Shown here one piece after another: positions 23,199 through 35,143 of a stretch of 64,000 nucleotides of DNA. Both the position numbers and the translations under genes were made by a program. Each line of letters starts with the position of its first letter. Within the stretch, counting starts at the first letter, position 1. Origin of the DNA: Azolla caroliniana (Eukaryota > Plantae > Polypodiophyta); NCBI GenBank assembly GCA_043228905.1, contig JBHGNT010000012.1, forward strand, positions 6,944,001 to 7,008,000, in the 5' to 3' direction. Under the pieces are notes generated by a model. It had not been told where the DNA came from and made no database searches. It worked only from the letters and a program-made list of their open reading frames with translations.

Positions 23199-26100
23199 AT
23201 GATGGTGTTGAACTCACAGAACTACGCCGACTGGAAGATAAAGATGGAAGACCTTCTCATCGTCCGAGACCTGTACGAACCGATCGACAATGCCGAGATA
23301 CCCAAGGGGGTAATAGAGTCGGAGTGGAAGCTCCTGAACCGGAAAGCCGTAGCGACGATCCGGCAATATGTCGATGTAAGTGTCCTGCAACATGTGGCGA
23401 ACGATACGAACGCCTATGAGATGTGGCGGAAGCTGTCCGGACTGTATGAGAGGAAGAATGCTCTGACCCGGACCTCCCTGATGAGGAAGATAGTGAATCT
23501 TAAGTACCGGGACGGCGAGAGCATGGTCGAACACGTAAGCACGTTCATGGGATTCGTGAACCAGCTTGCGGCGATCAAGTTCCCGTTGGAGGATGCAATG
23601 CAAGCCATCATTCTGATGTGTACATTGCCGGAAAGCTGGGAGAACTTGGTGGTGACTCTCAGCACCTCCTGCACCGAAGATAACTTGTCCCTACAAACGG
23701 TAAAGACAAGTATTTTGAACGAAGAAGCGCGTCGGAGAGATAAAGAACCGGCCTCCGACTCGAAGGCGCTGCTTACCGAATCGGAACGGGGAAGACAACG
23801 GAACCGGAGTCCGCAAAGACGGGAGAAGTCGGGGACCCGGTCGCAGTCAAGAGGAAGACCCACATGCTTCCACTGTGGGAAGCCGGGGCACTTCCGGAAG
23901 AATTGTCGGTATTACCGAAAGGACAACGGAGCCGACGACACCGATTCGAAGAAGTCACCGGAGAGAAACGGTGCATACCGGGGAGCCACGGACCGGAGAG
24001 GTCCGGATCGGCGAGGGCAGGACCGGAAAGGAACGACGGCACTCGCGGCAAGTGAAGAGGAGATCATGCTCATTACCAAAGAGAGGGAGCTGAACCTTGC
24101 CGGAGAAGAGATGACCTGGGTGGTCGATTCCGGAGCGTCGTTCCACCTGACCCCGGAGAAGAAATACTTCTCATCCTACACAGCCGGTGAGCATGGTTGT
24201 GTCCGGATGGGAAATGAAGGTACATGCCGGATTGCCGGCATAGGAGACGTGTGGTTAACAACCTCGACCGGATGCAAAATACTGCTGAAGGATGTCCGAC
24301 ACGTTCCGGAGGTTCGATTGAACCTGATTTCGGCCGGGAGGCTAGATGATGAAGGCTACACAGGTAGCATCCGGAACGGCGTAATGAAGTTCAGCAAGGG
24401 GAGTCTGATAGTGGCTCGGGCCCGGAAAGTTAACACGTTGTACCTGATGAATGCCTGGTTATGTCCGGAAGAGCTGAACGTGGCAGCCGACACTGCCGGT
24501 GAGCTGTGGCACAAGAGACTGTGCCACATGAGTGAGAAGGGGATGAAGAGGCTTGCAGATGACAACCTCATTCCAGTGAAGAATGTGCACCTGGAGAAGT
24601 GCACCGATTGCCTGGCCGGTAAGCAGAACCGAACCTCCTTCCACTCAAGGCCACCGACGAGACGTAGCGCACCGTTGGAGTTGGTGCACTCTGATGTGTG
24701 TCAGGTAGAAACGAAGTCACATGGCGGAGCCCAGTACTTCGTAACATTCATAGATGACCACAGCCGGAAGCTGTGGACGGCACCGTTGAAGACAAAGGAC
24801 CAAGTGTTGTCCGTCTTCAAAGAACTCCACGCGAGAGTGGAAAGGGAATCCGGCAAGAAGCTGAAAGCGATACGAGCGGATAACGGAGGGGAATACCGGG
24901 GGCAGTTCGCGGAGTACTGTCGCTCGAAGGGAATCCGGCTCGAGTTTACTGTGCCGAAGACGCCGGAACTGAACGGGCTGGCCGAGAGGATGAACCGGAC
25001 TATAATGGAGAGGGTCCGGAGTATGCTGGCGCATGCGAAATTACCCAAGGGGTTTTGGGCTGAGGCAATGTCGACGGCGACATACGTGATAAACAGATCG
25101 CCCTCAGTACCTTTGGACGGAGACACGCCGCAGAAAGTGTGGACCGGTAAGGAAGTGTCCTACCGGCATCTGAAGGTGTTCGGGTGTCTCGCTTACGTGC
25201 ATGTGGCTAAGGACCGGAGAGGAAAGCTAGATCCAAAGACCCGGTCATGCATATTCCTCGGTTACGGCGACGACGAGTTCGGCTACCGAGTATGGGACCC
25301 GGTCGACAAGAAGATATTCAGGAGTCGAGACATCATCTTCATGGAGGACAAGACACTCGCCGACTTGGAGTCGGAGAAGAAGATGAAGAGCTCCAAGTCG
25401 ACCGGTGAGGATCAACTCTACGAGGAGCAGTCCCGACCGGCAAGGGACCGGTTATCACTCGAGGATCCGGCCGAAGACGGTGAAGAAACAGAACCGGCCG
25501 AAGAAGATGAAAATGATACCGGAACCGGCCACGATCCCGAAATGGATTCGGATGAAGAAGAATCGGAAGAACCGGTTACCGAAGCTCCGGAACGGAGATA
25601 TCCTCTAAGAGAGAGAAGGGCCCCCCGGAGATTTCCGGAACCAGAGCACGTGCTGCTAACCGACGAGGGGGAGCCGGAGAGCTTTGAAGAAGCAAAGCAT
25701 GACACCCAGAGCCGCAGGTGGTTGAGTGCCATGCAGGACGAGATGGATTCCCTGCATGAGAACCACACATATGAACTTGTGGAGCTGCCGAAAGGAAAAC
25801 GGGCACTCCGTAACAAGTGGGTGTTCAAGCTGAAACCGGGAGATGCCGGAAACCCCCCGAGATACAAAGCCAGGATCGTGGTGAAGGGGTTTCAGCAGAA
25901 GAAGGGCGTCGACTTCGACGAGATATTTGCCCCGGTAGTGAAGATGACCTCCATCCGGACGGTGCTGAGCATAGCGGCAAGCATGGACCTCGAGGTAGAA
26001 CAGATGGACGTGAAGACGGCATTCCTTCACGGTGACCTAGAAGAAGAGATCTACATGCAGCAACCGGAAGGATTCGAGAAGAAAGGGAAGGAGCACCTGG

Positions 26101-27242
26101 TATGCCGGTTGAAGAAGAGCCTTTACGGACTGAAGCAGGCTCCCCGGCAGTGGTACAGGAAGTTCGACTCCTTCATGACCGACGAAGGGTACCACAAAAC
26201 GCAGTCTGATCACTGCGTGTTTGTGAAGAAGTTCGAAGGAGGAGACTTTCTAATACTCCTCCTGTACGTGGACGACATGTTGATCGTCGGACGGGACCAG
26301 GTCAAGATACGGATGCTGAAGAAGGCTCTTCACCGAACCTTCTCAATGAAGGACCTGGGTCCGGCGAGGCAAATACTAGGGATGCACATCATCCGGGACC
26401 GGAAGAAGAAGCAGTTGTGGTTGTCACAGGAGAAGTACGTGACAAAGGTGCTTCACCGGTTCAACATGTCGGAAGCAAGACCGGTGGGGTCAACACTCCC
26501 GGCAAATTGCAAGCTGTCCAGCAAGCAAAGCCCCAAGACAAAGGCTGAGAAGGAGGACATGATGAAAGTACCATATGCCTCTGCCGTCGGGAGCTTGATG
26601 TACGCGATGGTGTGTACCCGACCGGACATAGGATATGCAGTCGGAGTGGTGAGCCGGTACATGAGCAATCCTGGCAAAGAGCATTGGAACGCGGTCAAAT
26701 GGATACTCCGATACTTGAAGGGCACGGCAAACATGTGCCTCCGATTCGGCTCCGGTAAGCCCGAACTCGATGGATTTACCGATTCGGATATGTCGGCTGA
26801 TGCAGATACCAGCCGGTCCACATCAGGGTATGTGATGACGTATGCAGGGGGAGCTATTTCATGGCAGTCGAGGCTGCAGAAGACGGTTGCACTGTCAACC
26901 ACGGAGGCGGAGTACATGGCGGCTGTTGAAGCCGGCAAGGAAATAATATGGATGAAGGACTTCATTAGAGAGCTCGGTATCCGGCAGGAGGAGTACCGAC
27001 TCTACTGCGACAGTCAGAGTGCCATCCACCTTGCGAAGAACGCGGCCTACCATTCCCGGACGAAGCACATCCAACGAAGATATCACTGGATCCGGGAAAG
27101 GATAGAAGACCAGGAGTTCGTGTTGACGAAGATCCACACGGACGAGAACGGGTCAGATATGCTGACCAAAGTGCTCACACCCGACAAGCTAGAAGCATGC
27201 CGGAAGAGGATCGGATTGGAGAGACATCCCATGCCGAAGTGA
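23199..27242 (+). CDS. Copia C Gag-Pol polyprotein (uninterrupted; possible ACG start at 23169)
   Basis: Knuckle CFHCGKPGHFRKNC, PR WVVDSGASFH, WHKRLCH, IN DNGGEY/PELNGLAER, RT YVDD, RH TDSD..TEAEY..CDSQSA. Confidence 0.95.
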   Translation: MMVLNSQNYADWKIKMEDLLIVRDLYEPIDNAEIPKGVIESEWKLLNRKAVATIRQYVDVSVLQHVANDTNAYEMWRKLSGLYERKNALTRTSLMRKIVNLKYRDGESMVEHVSTFMGFVNQLAAIKFPLEDAMQAIILMCTLPESWENLVVTLSTSCTEDNLSLQTVKTSILNEEARRRDKEPASDSKALLTESERGRQRNRSPQRREKSGTRSQSRGRPTCFHCGKPGHFRKNCRYYRKDNGADDTDSKKSPERNGAYRGATDRRGPDRRGQDRKGTTALAASEEEIMLITKERELNLAGEEMTWVVDSGASFHLTPEKKYFSSYTAGEHGCVRMGNEGTCRIAGIGDVWLTTSTGCKILLKDVRHVPEVRLNLISAGRLDDEGYTGSIRNGVMKFSKGSLIVARARKVNTLYLMNAWLCPEELNVAADTAGELWHKRLCHMSEKGMKRLADDNLIPVKNVHLEKCTDCLAGKQNRTSFHSRPPTRRSAPLELVHSDVCQVETKSHGGAQYFVTFIDDHSRKLWTAPLKTKDQVLSVFKELHARVERESGKKLKAIRADNGGEYRGQFAEYCRSKGIRLEFTVPKTPELNGLAERMNRTIMERVRSMLAHAKLPKGFWAEAMSTATYVINRSPSVPLDGDTPQKVWTGKEVSYRHLKVFGCLAYVHVAKDRRGKLDPKTRSCIFLGYGDDEFGYRVWDPVDKKIFRSRDIIFMEDKTLADLESEKKMKSSKSTGEDQLYEEQSRPARDRLSLEDPAEDGEETEPAEEDENDTGTGHDPEMDSDEEESEEPVTEAPERRYPLRERRAPRRFPEPEHVLLTDEGEPESFEEAKHDTQSRRWLSAMQDEMDSLHENHTYELVELPKGKRALRNKWVFKLKPGDAGNPPRYKARIVVKGFQQKKGVDFDEIFAPVVKMTSIRTVLSIAASMDLEVEQMDVKTAFLHGDLEEEIYMQQPEGFEKKGKEHLVCRLKKSLYGLKQAPRQWYRKFDSFMTDEGYHKTQSDHCVFVKKFEGGDFLILLLYVDDMLIVGRDQVKIRMLKKALHRTFSMKDLGPARQILGMHIIRDRKKKQLWLSQEKYVTKVLHRFNMSEARPVGSTLPANCKLSSKQSPKTKAEKEDMMKVPYASAVGSLMYAMVCTRPDIGYAVGVVSRYMSNPGKEHWNAVKWILRYLKGTANMCLRFGSGKPELDGFTDSDMSADADTSRSTSGYVMTYAGGAISWQSRLQKTVALSTTEAEYMAAVEAGKEIIWMKDFIRELGIRQEEYRLYCDSQSAIHLAKNAAYHSRTKHIQRRYHWIRERIEDQEFVLTKIHTDENGSDMLTKVLTPDKLEACRKRIGLERHPMPK

Positions 27243-30200
27243 AGGGGGAGTTTGTTGGGATTTCGGTCCCTCCGGATGGGATGTCCGGAGATGAATGACG
27301 GCAAGCCCGGTTGCGATTACGGAACCGGATGATGAATAGTACCCGGCATGAAGCCGGATGAAGAGACCCCGGTTACGGAGCCGGATGACGAAGACCCGGT
27401 TACGGAGCCGGATGATGAAGACCCCGGCTACGGAGCCGGATGACGAAGACCCGGCTACGGAGCCGGATGATGAAGACCCGGCTACGGAGCCGGATGATGT
27501 ATGTACCCGGAGAGAGATCCGGATGCGGGGACATATTTGTGAATATGTTTGCCAAGAGCCCTTGAGGCTATATTTGTAAATAGCCCGAAAGTCATATGTG
27601 TATAAATATGACTTAGGGCAAACAGTTTATTGTTGTTGCTCATTTTATGTTCTAGCCGAGAGAGCGAAGTGAGAGCAGCCTAGAGAGAGAGAGAAAGGAA
27701 GAGGTCGACGCCTCTGTGTATTGCCGCCGCCTGTGGCGAAGACAGTGAGCTCAAGGTTGTTGCCTTGTAGCTTCACCATTGTACATCTCTGTGTATAGTG
27801 TGAGTTGGAGTTTGAGGACTCACGTGGTTTTTCCCATTTAGGGTTTTCCACGTAAAACATACTGTGTACCCTTCTCTCTATTGCCTTGGAGCATTTTGTA
27901 TTTCCTGTTTTCTGTGATTTGATCCTATTTCTCGGTTGTGGCCGAGTGCTGTTTTCAACACGACATTCAAAGTCTCCAGCTGGTGCTCCTATCTTTTTTG
28001 TGAAGAAAAAGGACAGCTCCATTCGTTTGGTCGTGGACTATCGAGGCTTAAATAAAGTCACTATAAGGAATAGGTATGCTTTACCTTTAATCTCCAATCT
28101 CTTAGAACGCATGGGTGGGGCAAAGCATTTTACCAAAATTGATCTAAGGGGTGCATATAATCTTGTTCGAATTCGGTCGAGAGATGAGTGGAAAATAGCA
28201 TTTCGTACTCGGTATGGTCATTTCGAGTATACAGTCATGCCTTTCGGGCTCACAAATGCACTTGCAGTATTCCAACATATGGCAAATGACATCTTCCGGG
28301 ATTTCTTGGATATTTTTCTAATATTCGACCTAGATGATCTATTGATTTACTCTAAAACACAGGGGGAGCATGATATACGTGTGCGGCAAGTACATGAATG
28401 CCTAAGGAAGTATGGTCTTTATGCCAAACTTGAGAAATGCAGTTTTGATTGCAAACAAGTCGAATTTTTGGGATACACTATTTCATCCCAGGGTGTTTTC
28501 ATGGACTCGGCAAAAGTCTAAACAATATTGGAATGGAAACCCCCATGCTCAGTTCGGGATGTCCAGTGTTTCCTCGGATTTGCAAACTTCTATCACAAAT
28601 TCATACATAATTATTCAAGCATTGTGTTGCCCCTTACTCAACTCACTAAGAAAAATCAAGCATTTTTTTGGAGTATCGAAGCGGACAAGGCTTTTACGCA
28701 ACTGAAAGAGGCATTCACATCAGCACCCATCCTAACACATATTGATCCTGAAAAGCCATTTACTATTGAGGCAGATGCATCGAACTTTGCATTGGGGAGT
28801 ATCCTATCGCAACCAGGCGAGGACGGGCAGACACATCCAGTCGCGTTTCACTCGAGAAAATTTACTGTTTCGGAGATAAACTATGAGGTGCATGACAAGG
28901 AGTTACTAGCTGTGGTCGACTCATTCGAACAATGGCATCATTTTCTAGAAGGATCACCTCATCAGATTATCATTTATAGTGATCACAAAAATCTCACATA
29001 TTTTCAAACAGCTCGAGTATTAAATAGACACCAACTCGGTGGGCCCAATTTCTAACGCGTTTCGATTTCAAGATCATTTTTCGCCCCGGAAAACAACAAG
29101 GGAAAGCAGATGCTTTGTCTCGGCGTTCGTATCTAGCACTTCAACCTGGAGATCCGGCCTTTGACAATCAAAAGCAAACTCTCCTCGGGCCATCAAAACT
29201 ACAGGTAACAACAATTTATGTCACGCCACTTGATTCTACCCTTCTTGACACTATTCGGCAACAACTTCATTCAGATGATTTCGCTAAGGATGTCTTAGCC
29301 CACTGTGGTTCAAGTTGTCCATCTTGCTCCACATTGTCAGGGTCATCTCAACATTATCAGGACTTCAAGTGGCAAGATGGCTTACTCTTCTACAAGAATC
29401 TCCTTTACGTCCCCGACTGCAAGTGTTGGAAATGTCATGATGCCCCCATGGCTGGACATTTTGGTATTTCCAAGACCATTGAGCTAGTGAAACATTCGTT
29501 TTGGTGGCCTCAATTGCAAAAATTTGTCGAAGATTATGTTCACACTTGTGACACTTGTTGTCGCGCCAAAATACCTCGACATCACCCTTATGGCTTACTA
29601 CAACCATTACCCCCTCCCAACAAGCCATGGCAGTCTATTTCTATGGATTTCATTACGGATCTACCACCTTCCAAAGGCTTTGATACTATTTTAACAGTAG
29701 TGGATCGGTTCACCAAGATGGCACATTTTGTACCATGTGTAAAGACCATCAATAGTGAAGAAACTGCATATCTCATTATGCGTGAAGTGTTTCGCCATCA
29801 TGGTCTCCCGAATGATATTATTAGCGATCAAGGTCCTTAATTTATCTCACACTTTTGGAAGCACCTATGGGCAGGTCTCAAAATCTCTTGCAAACTCTCT
29901 TCGGCTTATCATCCACAAACTGACAGACAAACAGAGCGCACAAATCAAACGCTCGAGCAATATCTTCGATGTTTCATTAGTTATCAACAAGATGATTGTC
30001 CAGTAATATTTTACATCTTGCCGAGTTTGCATACAACAACACGGTTCACTCTTCTACCAAAGTTACACTTTTCTTTGCCTACACTGGCAACCACCCTCGA
30101 TGGTGTATACTGGATCTTCCCGAGGTGTCACGAAACCCTAGTGCGGCGCATCACCTCCACCGACTACAACAAATCCAGTTCGAGTTATCGTCACATCTTT

Positions 30201-33200
30201 AGAAAGCGCAAGCACACCATAAGACCAATGCCGATCGACATCATCTTAAGTCTCCGTTTAAGGTTGGTGACCGTGTATGGTTGCTTCGTCGTCACATCAA
30301 GACTACCCGACCATGTGCTAAGCTTGACTATCAACGCTTAGGTCCTTTTGTCATCATGGCGCAGATTAATGATGCAACATTTCGTCTTAACCTTCCTGCA
30401 CATATGAAGCTTCACCCTGTCTTTCATAGCTCTCTTTTGGAACCTTGCCGCACCTCTTTAATTCCTAATCGTGTCGTGCCACCACTGCCTTCTGTACAAC
30501 TTGTGGACGGCCCCGAATACGAGGTAGCTGCTATTCTCGATTCTAAGATTGTGTGCAATAAGCTTTATTATCTAGTTGATTGGCTTGGCTATCCTCCGAG
30601 TGATCGCACTTGGGAACCCATTGATAACGTTTGTAATGCTGAAGCTCTGGTCAACGACTTCCATCGTCACTATCCAAACAAGCCCGGCCCAACAATGTTA
30701 ACGCCTACTTCCACTCGGCGTTCTCAAAGGAGGGATAGTGTCATGAACACATGACCATTATGGCATCACCTGGACTTGAACCTCGAACCTTGTAATCCAT
30801 ACTTGAAAACCTCAACCATTAAGATAGCTTATTGTTATATGAAACAATAAAAACTACTTCTTGTATTACATTCATTATTGTAAAACCTCTAGATTATTCT
30901 AGAATGTTCTAGAATGTCCTAGAGCATTCTAGGTCTAGAACATTCTAGAACATTCTAGAAATCTCTAAGCTATTCTATAGGAACCTATAAATAAGGGCAT
31001 ACATGTATTCTCAAATCAATTCGAATCAACACCAGTCTTTAGCTCTCATTACATATCTTGTATCCATCTCTTTCTTTCTCTATCTTATACATCCATTCTT
31101 CTCTTAGTATTTCATTCCTTTCTTCTCGTGTTCTCTAATATCCTTCTTCCATCACTCTATCTTTTATCCTTGGTTCTGACACATAGGATTGCAAGCCGAT
31201 CACATCATATATGCTTGAGAGTGCCTAGCCCCCTTTCTCACTCTAATCTTCAACCTCGCCCTTGCCGAGGGTTTTCAACCACAATGGACCATGAACACAG
31301 TGGCCCCTATACATAAAGGAGGGGACCCAATGGACCCAAATACATATAGGACCATTATGATAGGTCATGCACTCACTAAACTATATGGTGCAGTACTGGA
31401 AGTGGAGCTCAGGGATTATATGGAAACATTAAGTCTTCGAGCACATGAGCAACCTGACTTTAGACAAGCCTTCTCCACTATTGACCATATCTTCACACTT
31501 AGATGCTTAATTGACCAGACGAAGGCTCGTAAGAAGAAAATATATTGTTGCTTTGTGGACTTCTGTAAAGCCTTTGACACAAGTCCTTGGGAGAGGTTGT
31601 TTGATAGACTTAAGAGCTTGGAGATACCAAATGACATGATCTGGGCCATTTATGCCCTATATGAGCAAGTCTTCGAGCGCGTAAGATGCCCAGGCGGTCT
31701 ATCCGATTGTTTCACTAGCACCATTGGTGTAAAACAGGGTTGCCCCCTATCACCGACTCTTTTTGGGATCTACATTGATGAGATCACTAGTTTTATTGCT
31801 CATAAGGGAGGCAAGGGAGTATCTATTGGGGATACGCAAGTTAGTCTCTAACTCTACGCAGACGACATTGTCTTGCTCTCGAAGTTGGAACACGACCTAC
31901 AAAAGCATCTTAATGCCCTAGATGACTTTTGTACACAACAAGGACTGGTAGTGAATCTAGCGAAAACTAAAGTCCTTATCTTTCATACATCATCCCGAGT
32001 TAGGAGTAAATGTCACCTAATCCTCTCTCATAAACTAGTTGAGGTAGTTGGATCATATGTATACTTGGGGGTCACCTTAGTGCTCGCTTAGGTAAATTCT
32101 CGATGACCCAGGCAGCCAAAGATAGGCTAACAAGAGGGTATGCATCCCTCTCACTCTTAGAGAGACAATGCCACCAAGCATACTTTCAAGAGCCACGGAC
32201 TAAGGGATGGCACTAAGGGATGGCTCTTCGACTCATTAGTGACCCCTTCCCTCATATATGCATCAGTAGTATGGGCTCCAAGTCTACCATCTTTCATGTG
32301 GACGCAATTAGAGAGACCTTTGGTGACGGTGTTATCATGTCAACTCCGAAGCAAATCGACAGTACCACATGACATTATTAGAGCAAAGTTCAGTCTGCCC
32401 CCAATGTTAGTAGAAGCACTTTTTCAAGTGGTAGTTTTTATTCATCGAATACACAGCCAACCACAAGATAGGATATCCCGCCGAGCCTTTGAGGCATCCC
32501 GATCCCTACATGCATTTGGAGACACTAGCTCTTGGTATAGCACTTTGGTCAATTGGTTACTTGCAAATAGCATAGAAATTAATAACGTACCTCCCTTTAA
32601 GTACAACCATGGGACTGATCAAACTCTAATATCTCATGAAGACCGTAATAAAGTGATACGCCAAGAAATATGGCAAATTTACACTCGACATAAATGGATC
32701 ACCCCACTAGAGCCGCTCCATCTAAAATGTTGTACTATAAGGAACACTTCTTGCACTTCTCTAATTTAGGTTTTATTACACGACCAATATATGTAGATAC
32801 ATTCTTATCAAATGCACTAAGGGTGGCCATTGGACAACTTAGGATATCATCTCACCAACTTGAGATTGAGAATGGTCGGGCTAATAGAGTCCCTAGAGAG
32901 GAAAGGCTATGTAGGTTATGCCACATAGAGATAGAGGATGAGTATCACTTCACATGCAAATGCCCAACTTATGCCGAGATACAAGCGAAATACCAAGACA
33001 TATTAGGACCCTCTCCCACCCTCTCCAAACTATTAGATACCCCGGATGAAAAGAGACTAGGTAGGTATATCTTAGAGGTAAAACAACATAGCGAGAATAA
33101 ATTACAAAGTGTTAACCATAACCATTTTACTATTCATCAACATGTAACTAGTGTAATTTTTCAGGAACAAGGAGAGACAATGAATGTGGATACACTTACG

Positions 33201-34234
33201 TTGCTCAGCCTCTCTCTTGAGGAAGCAAAAATGCAAAGAACAACCAGACGCCCTCGAATGTTGGGCTTCAAAACAAGTCGACACGGAGTACAAAAGATTA
33301 AGAAGATAAGGGATCGTGAGCTACATCGACTAGAATCTATGGTTGGGGTACCTTTTACATTGGGACCACGGGCCACATCCACATCGAAACCCTTTGACCT
33401 CCCGCTTCTCTTCGAGAGACTTGGATGGAAATGAAATTAGGCCTAGTATAACATCATTTTCATTGTAGAACATGTTTTTATATAGAACATGTTTGTTATT
33501 TTACTAGAACTATTTAGCTTAAAACTCTATTTTTATCTTGTTTTTATTTTTATTTTTTACTTTCAATGAATGGGTGAATATCCCATTTTTTGTTGTAAAC
33601 CATTTGTCTCATGGGCCAATTTTGGCCTTAGAAGACGTTAATATATCTTTCTTTCTCGTGTCCAGTGTGATTATTTGTCTCTATGTTATATCAATATTTT
33701 CATTCTCACAAACACCATTCGTTAGCTCATTCTCAGTATTTTTATAGCTTTATTGTCATGAAGAAAACTAGATGGAAATCTAGATAGAAGGAATTGAAGG
33801 TGAAATGCATGTATTCATGCTCATGTGCAACTAGATGTGCCCAAGTAAAAGACCCTTTCCACACACTTTCAACACACGTGTGCTAGAGAGTACAGTGGCA
33901 TATGCAAATGTGAGTGCTCCTTGACAAAGAGATCCACCAGAAGTTGATGACAAGTACAGTGTGTGTGAGCCATACAAGAAAGTCTAGAATGCGACTAGAG
34001 GAGAGACAGAGGGTGGAGAGTGGAAGATGAAACCTTCAACTAAACACATGTCTAACTAAGGATTATGTGTTTGTTAAAATCACCGTCAAAGGGTCATTAT
34101 GAAGATTGTTAGGAGCATAAGAAGATTTGGACATCTAACATTCTCTCACGATAAGTTAACGTTTGGGCAACCATACCAAACAGTCTTTTGTCTTCTGATG
34201 TTGTTTTAATATTGTGTTTTTTGTAGAGAGATAG

Positions 34235-34705
34235 ATAAATAGATTTTGTTATCGTCTTCGGAGGTCAAATATGACCGATGAGACCAGAAATATTATATTT
34301 CATGTAATACATGTGAAAGTGGGTAGTGACTCCTAATGTTCAAGAACTTTACAAATGAATGTTGCCATCAAGGGAGCACATTGTGATTGTGAGAGAAATT
34401 CGTGCAAGGATTGGGTTTGGTTGAAGACGTATGGAAAGCATAGTGGAATATGATCAAAGGCAAACACAAAGACATAGATAGATTTTGTTATTGTCTTCAA
34501 AGGTCAAATATGACCTATGAGACTAAAATAATTACATTTCACGTGATACATGTGAAAGTGAGTAGCGACTCTCAATGTTCAAGAACTTTACCAATAAATG
34601 TTTCAATCGAGAGTGCATATTGTGATTGTGAGAGAAATTCGTGCAAGGATTGGGCTTGGTCGAAGATGTGTGGAAAGCATGGTCAAATATGATCAAAGGC
34701 AAAGC
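34235..34705. repeat. Diverged tandem duplication, ~240-bp unit
   Basis: AGATTTTGTTAT..AGGTCAAATATGACC..CATGTGAAAGTG..TGTGATTGTGAGAGAAATTCGTGCAAGGATTGGG..ATATGATCAAAGGCAAA occurs twice. Confidence 0.85.
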
Positions 34706-35087
34706 ATTGTATCAAAGTGTGATATTCAGAGTCTCTAACATGTTTAGGGCAAAGTGTGCATAGTCAACAACTCTCATCACTTGTGCGCTAGTGCCCCGTC
34801 TCACATCACAATGCATGCGAGTTAAGTTGCATGGAATCAATGGTTTGCATGGCAAACAAGGGGATGGGCTCTAACATGTATTGATGTGTACGGTTTCCTT
34901 ATTCCAGGAAGACTGTGGTTTTGTAGTTAGGTGCAACATGTGTAATATAATCTATGAAGTGCGAGCCTCCACATTTGCCTCATGCCATGATACATTGGTG
35001 TTGAAAAAAGGCCTCATTTACATAGAAATCTAGTGATTCGGATTTATACTCGTAAAGAACCAGATATGATTCGGTGCAACAGAAGAA

Positions 35088-35143
<56 letters not shown>

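Larger units (their letters stand above)
22430..27960 (+). mobile_element. Ty1/Copia LTR retrotransposon 'C', intact and very young
   Basis: 708-bp LTRs 22430-23137 and 27253-27960, identical by eye. Perfect TSD CGACA. PBS TGGTATCAGAGC at 23141-23152. PPT GAAGGGGGAG at 27241-27250. Confidence 0.97.
21540..30754 (+). pseudogene. pol: B2 pol (PR-RT-RH-IN-chromo) in -1 frame, split by C and disrupted
   Basis: [36 protein letters not shown] and chromodomain present. Several stops and frameshifts. Confidence 0.88.
19868..31181 (+). mobile_element. Ty3/Gypsy chromovirus 'B2' (same family as B1), interrupted by copia C
   Basis: 443-bp LTRs 19868-20310 and 30739-31181 with ~4 differences seen by eye. 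Perfect TSD CATAG. PPT just before 30739. Confidence 0.96.
19855..33740 (+). mobile_element. 5'-truncated non-LTR retrotransposon (RTEX/RTE-like); body at 31182-33740, split ~13 bp from its 5' end by B2
   Basis: With B2 removed the frame reads ..NHIGLQADHII..WTMNTVAPIHKGGD. RT motifs FVDFCKAFD, GVKQGCPLSPTLF, YADD. C-terminal LRISSHQLEIENGR..RLCRLC..EDEYHF..C resembles RTEX. 3' boundary approximate. Confidence 0.8.

Noticed and set aside
23214-27304. Many antisense ORFs over copia C (and D)
   Set aside because: Shadow ORFs of a GC-rich coding strand, with no recognisable domains.
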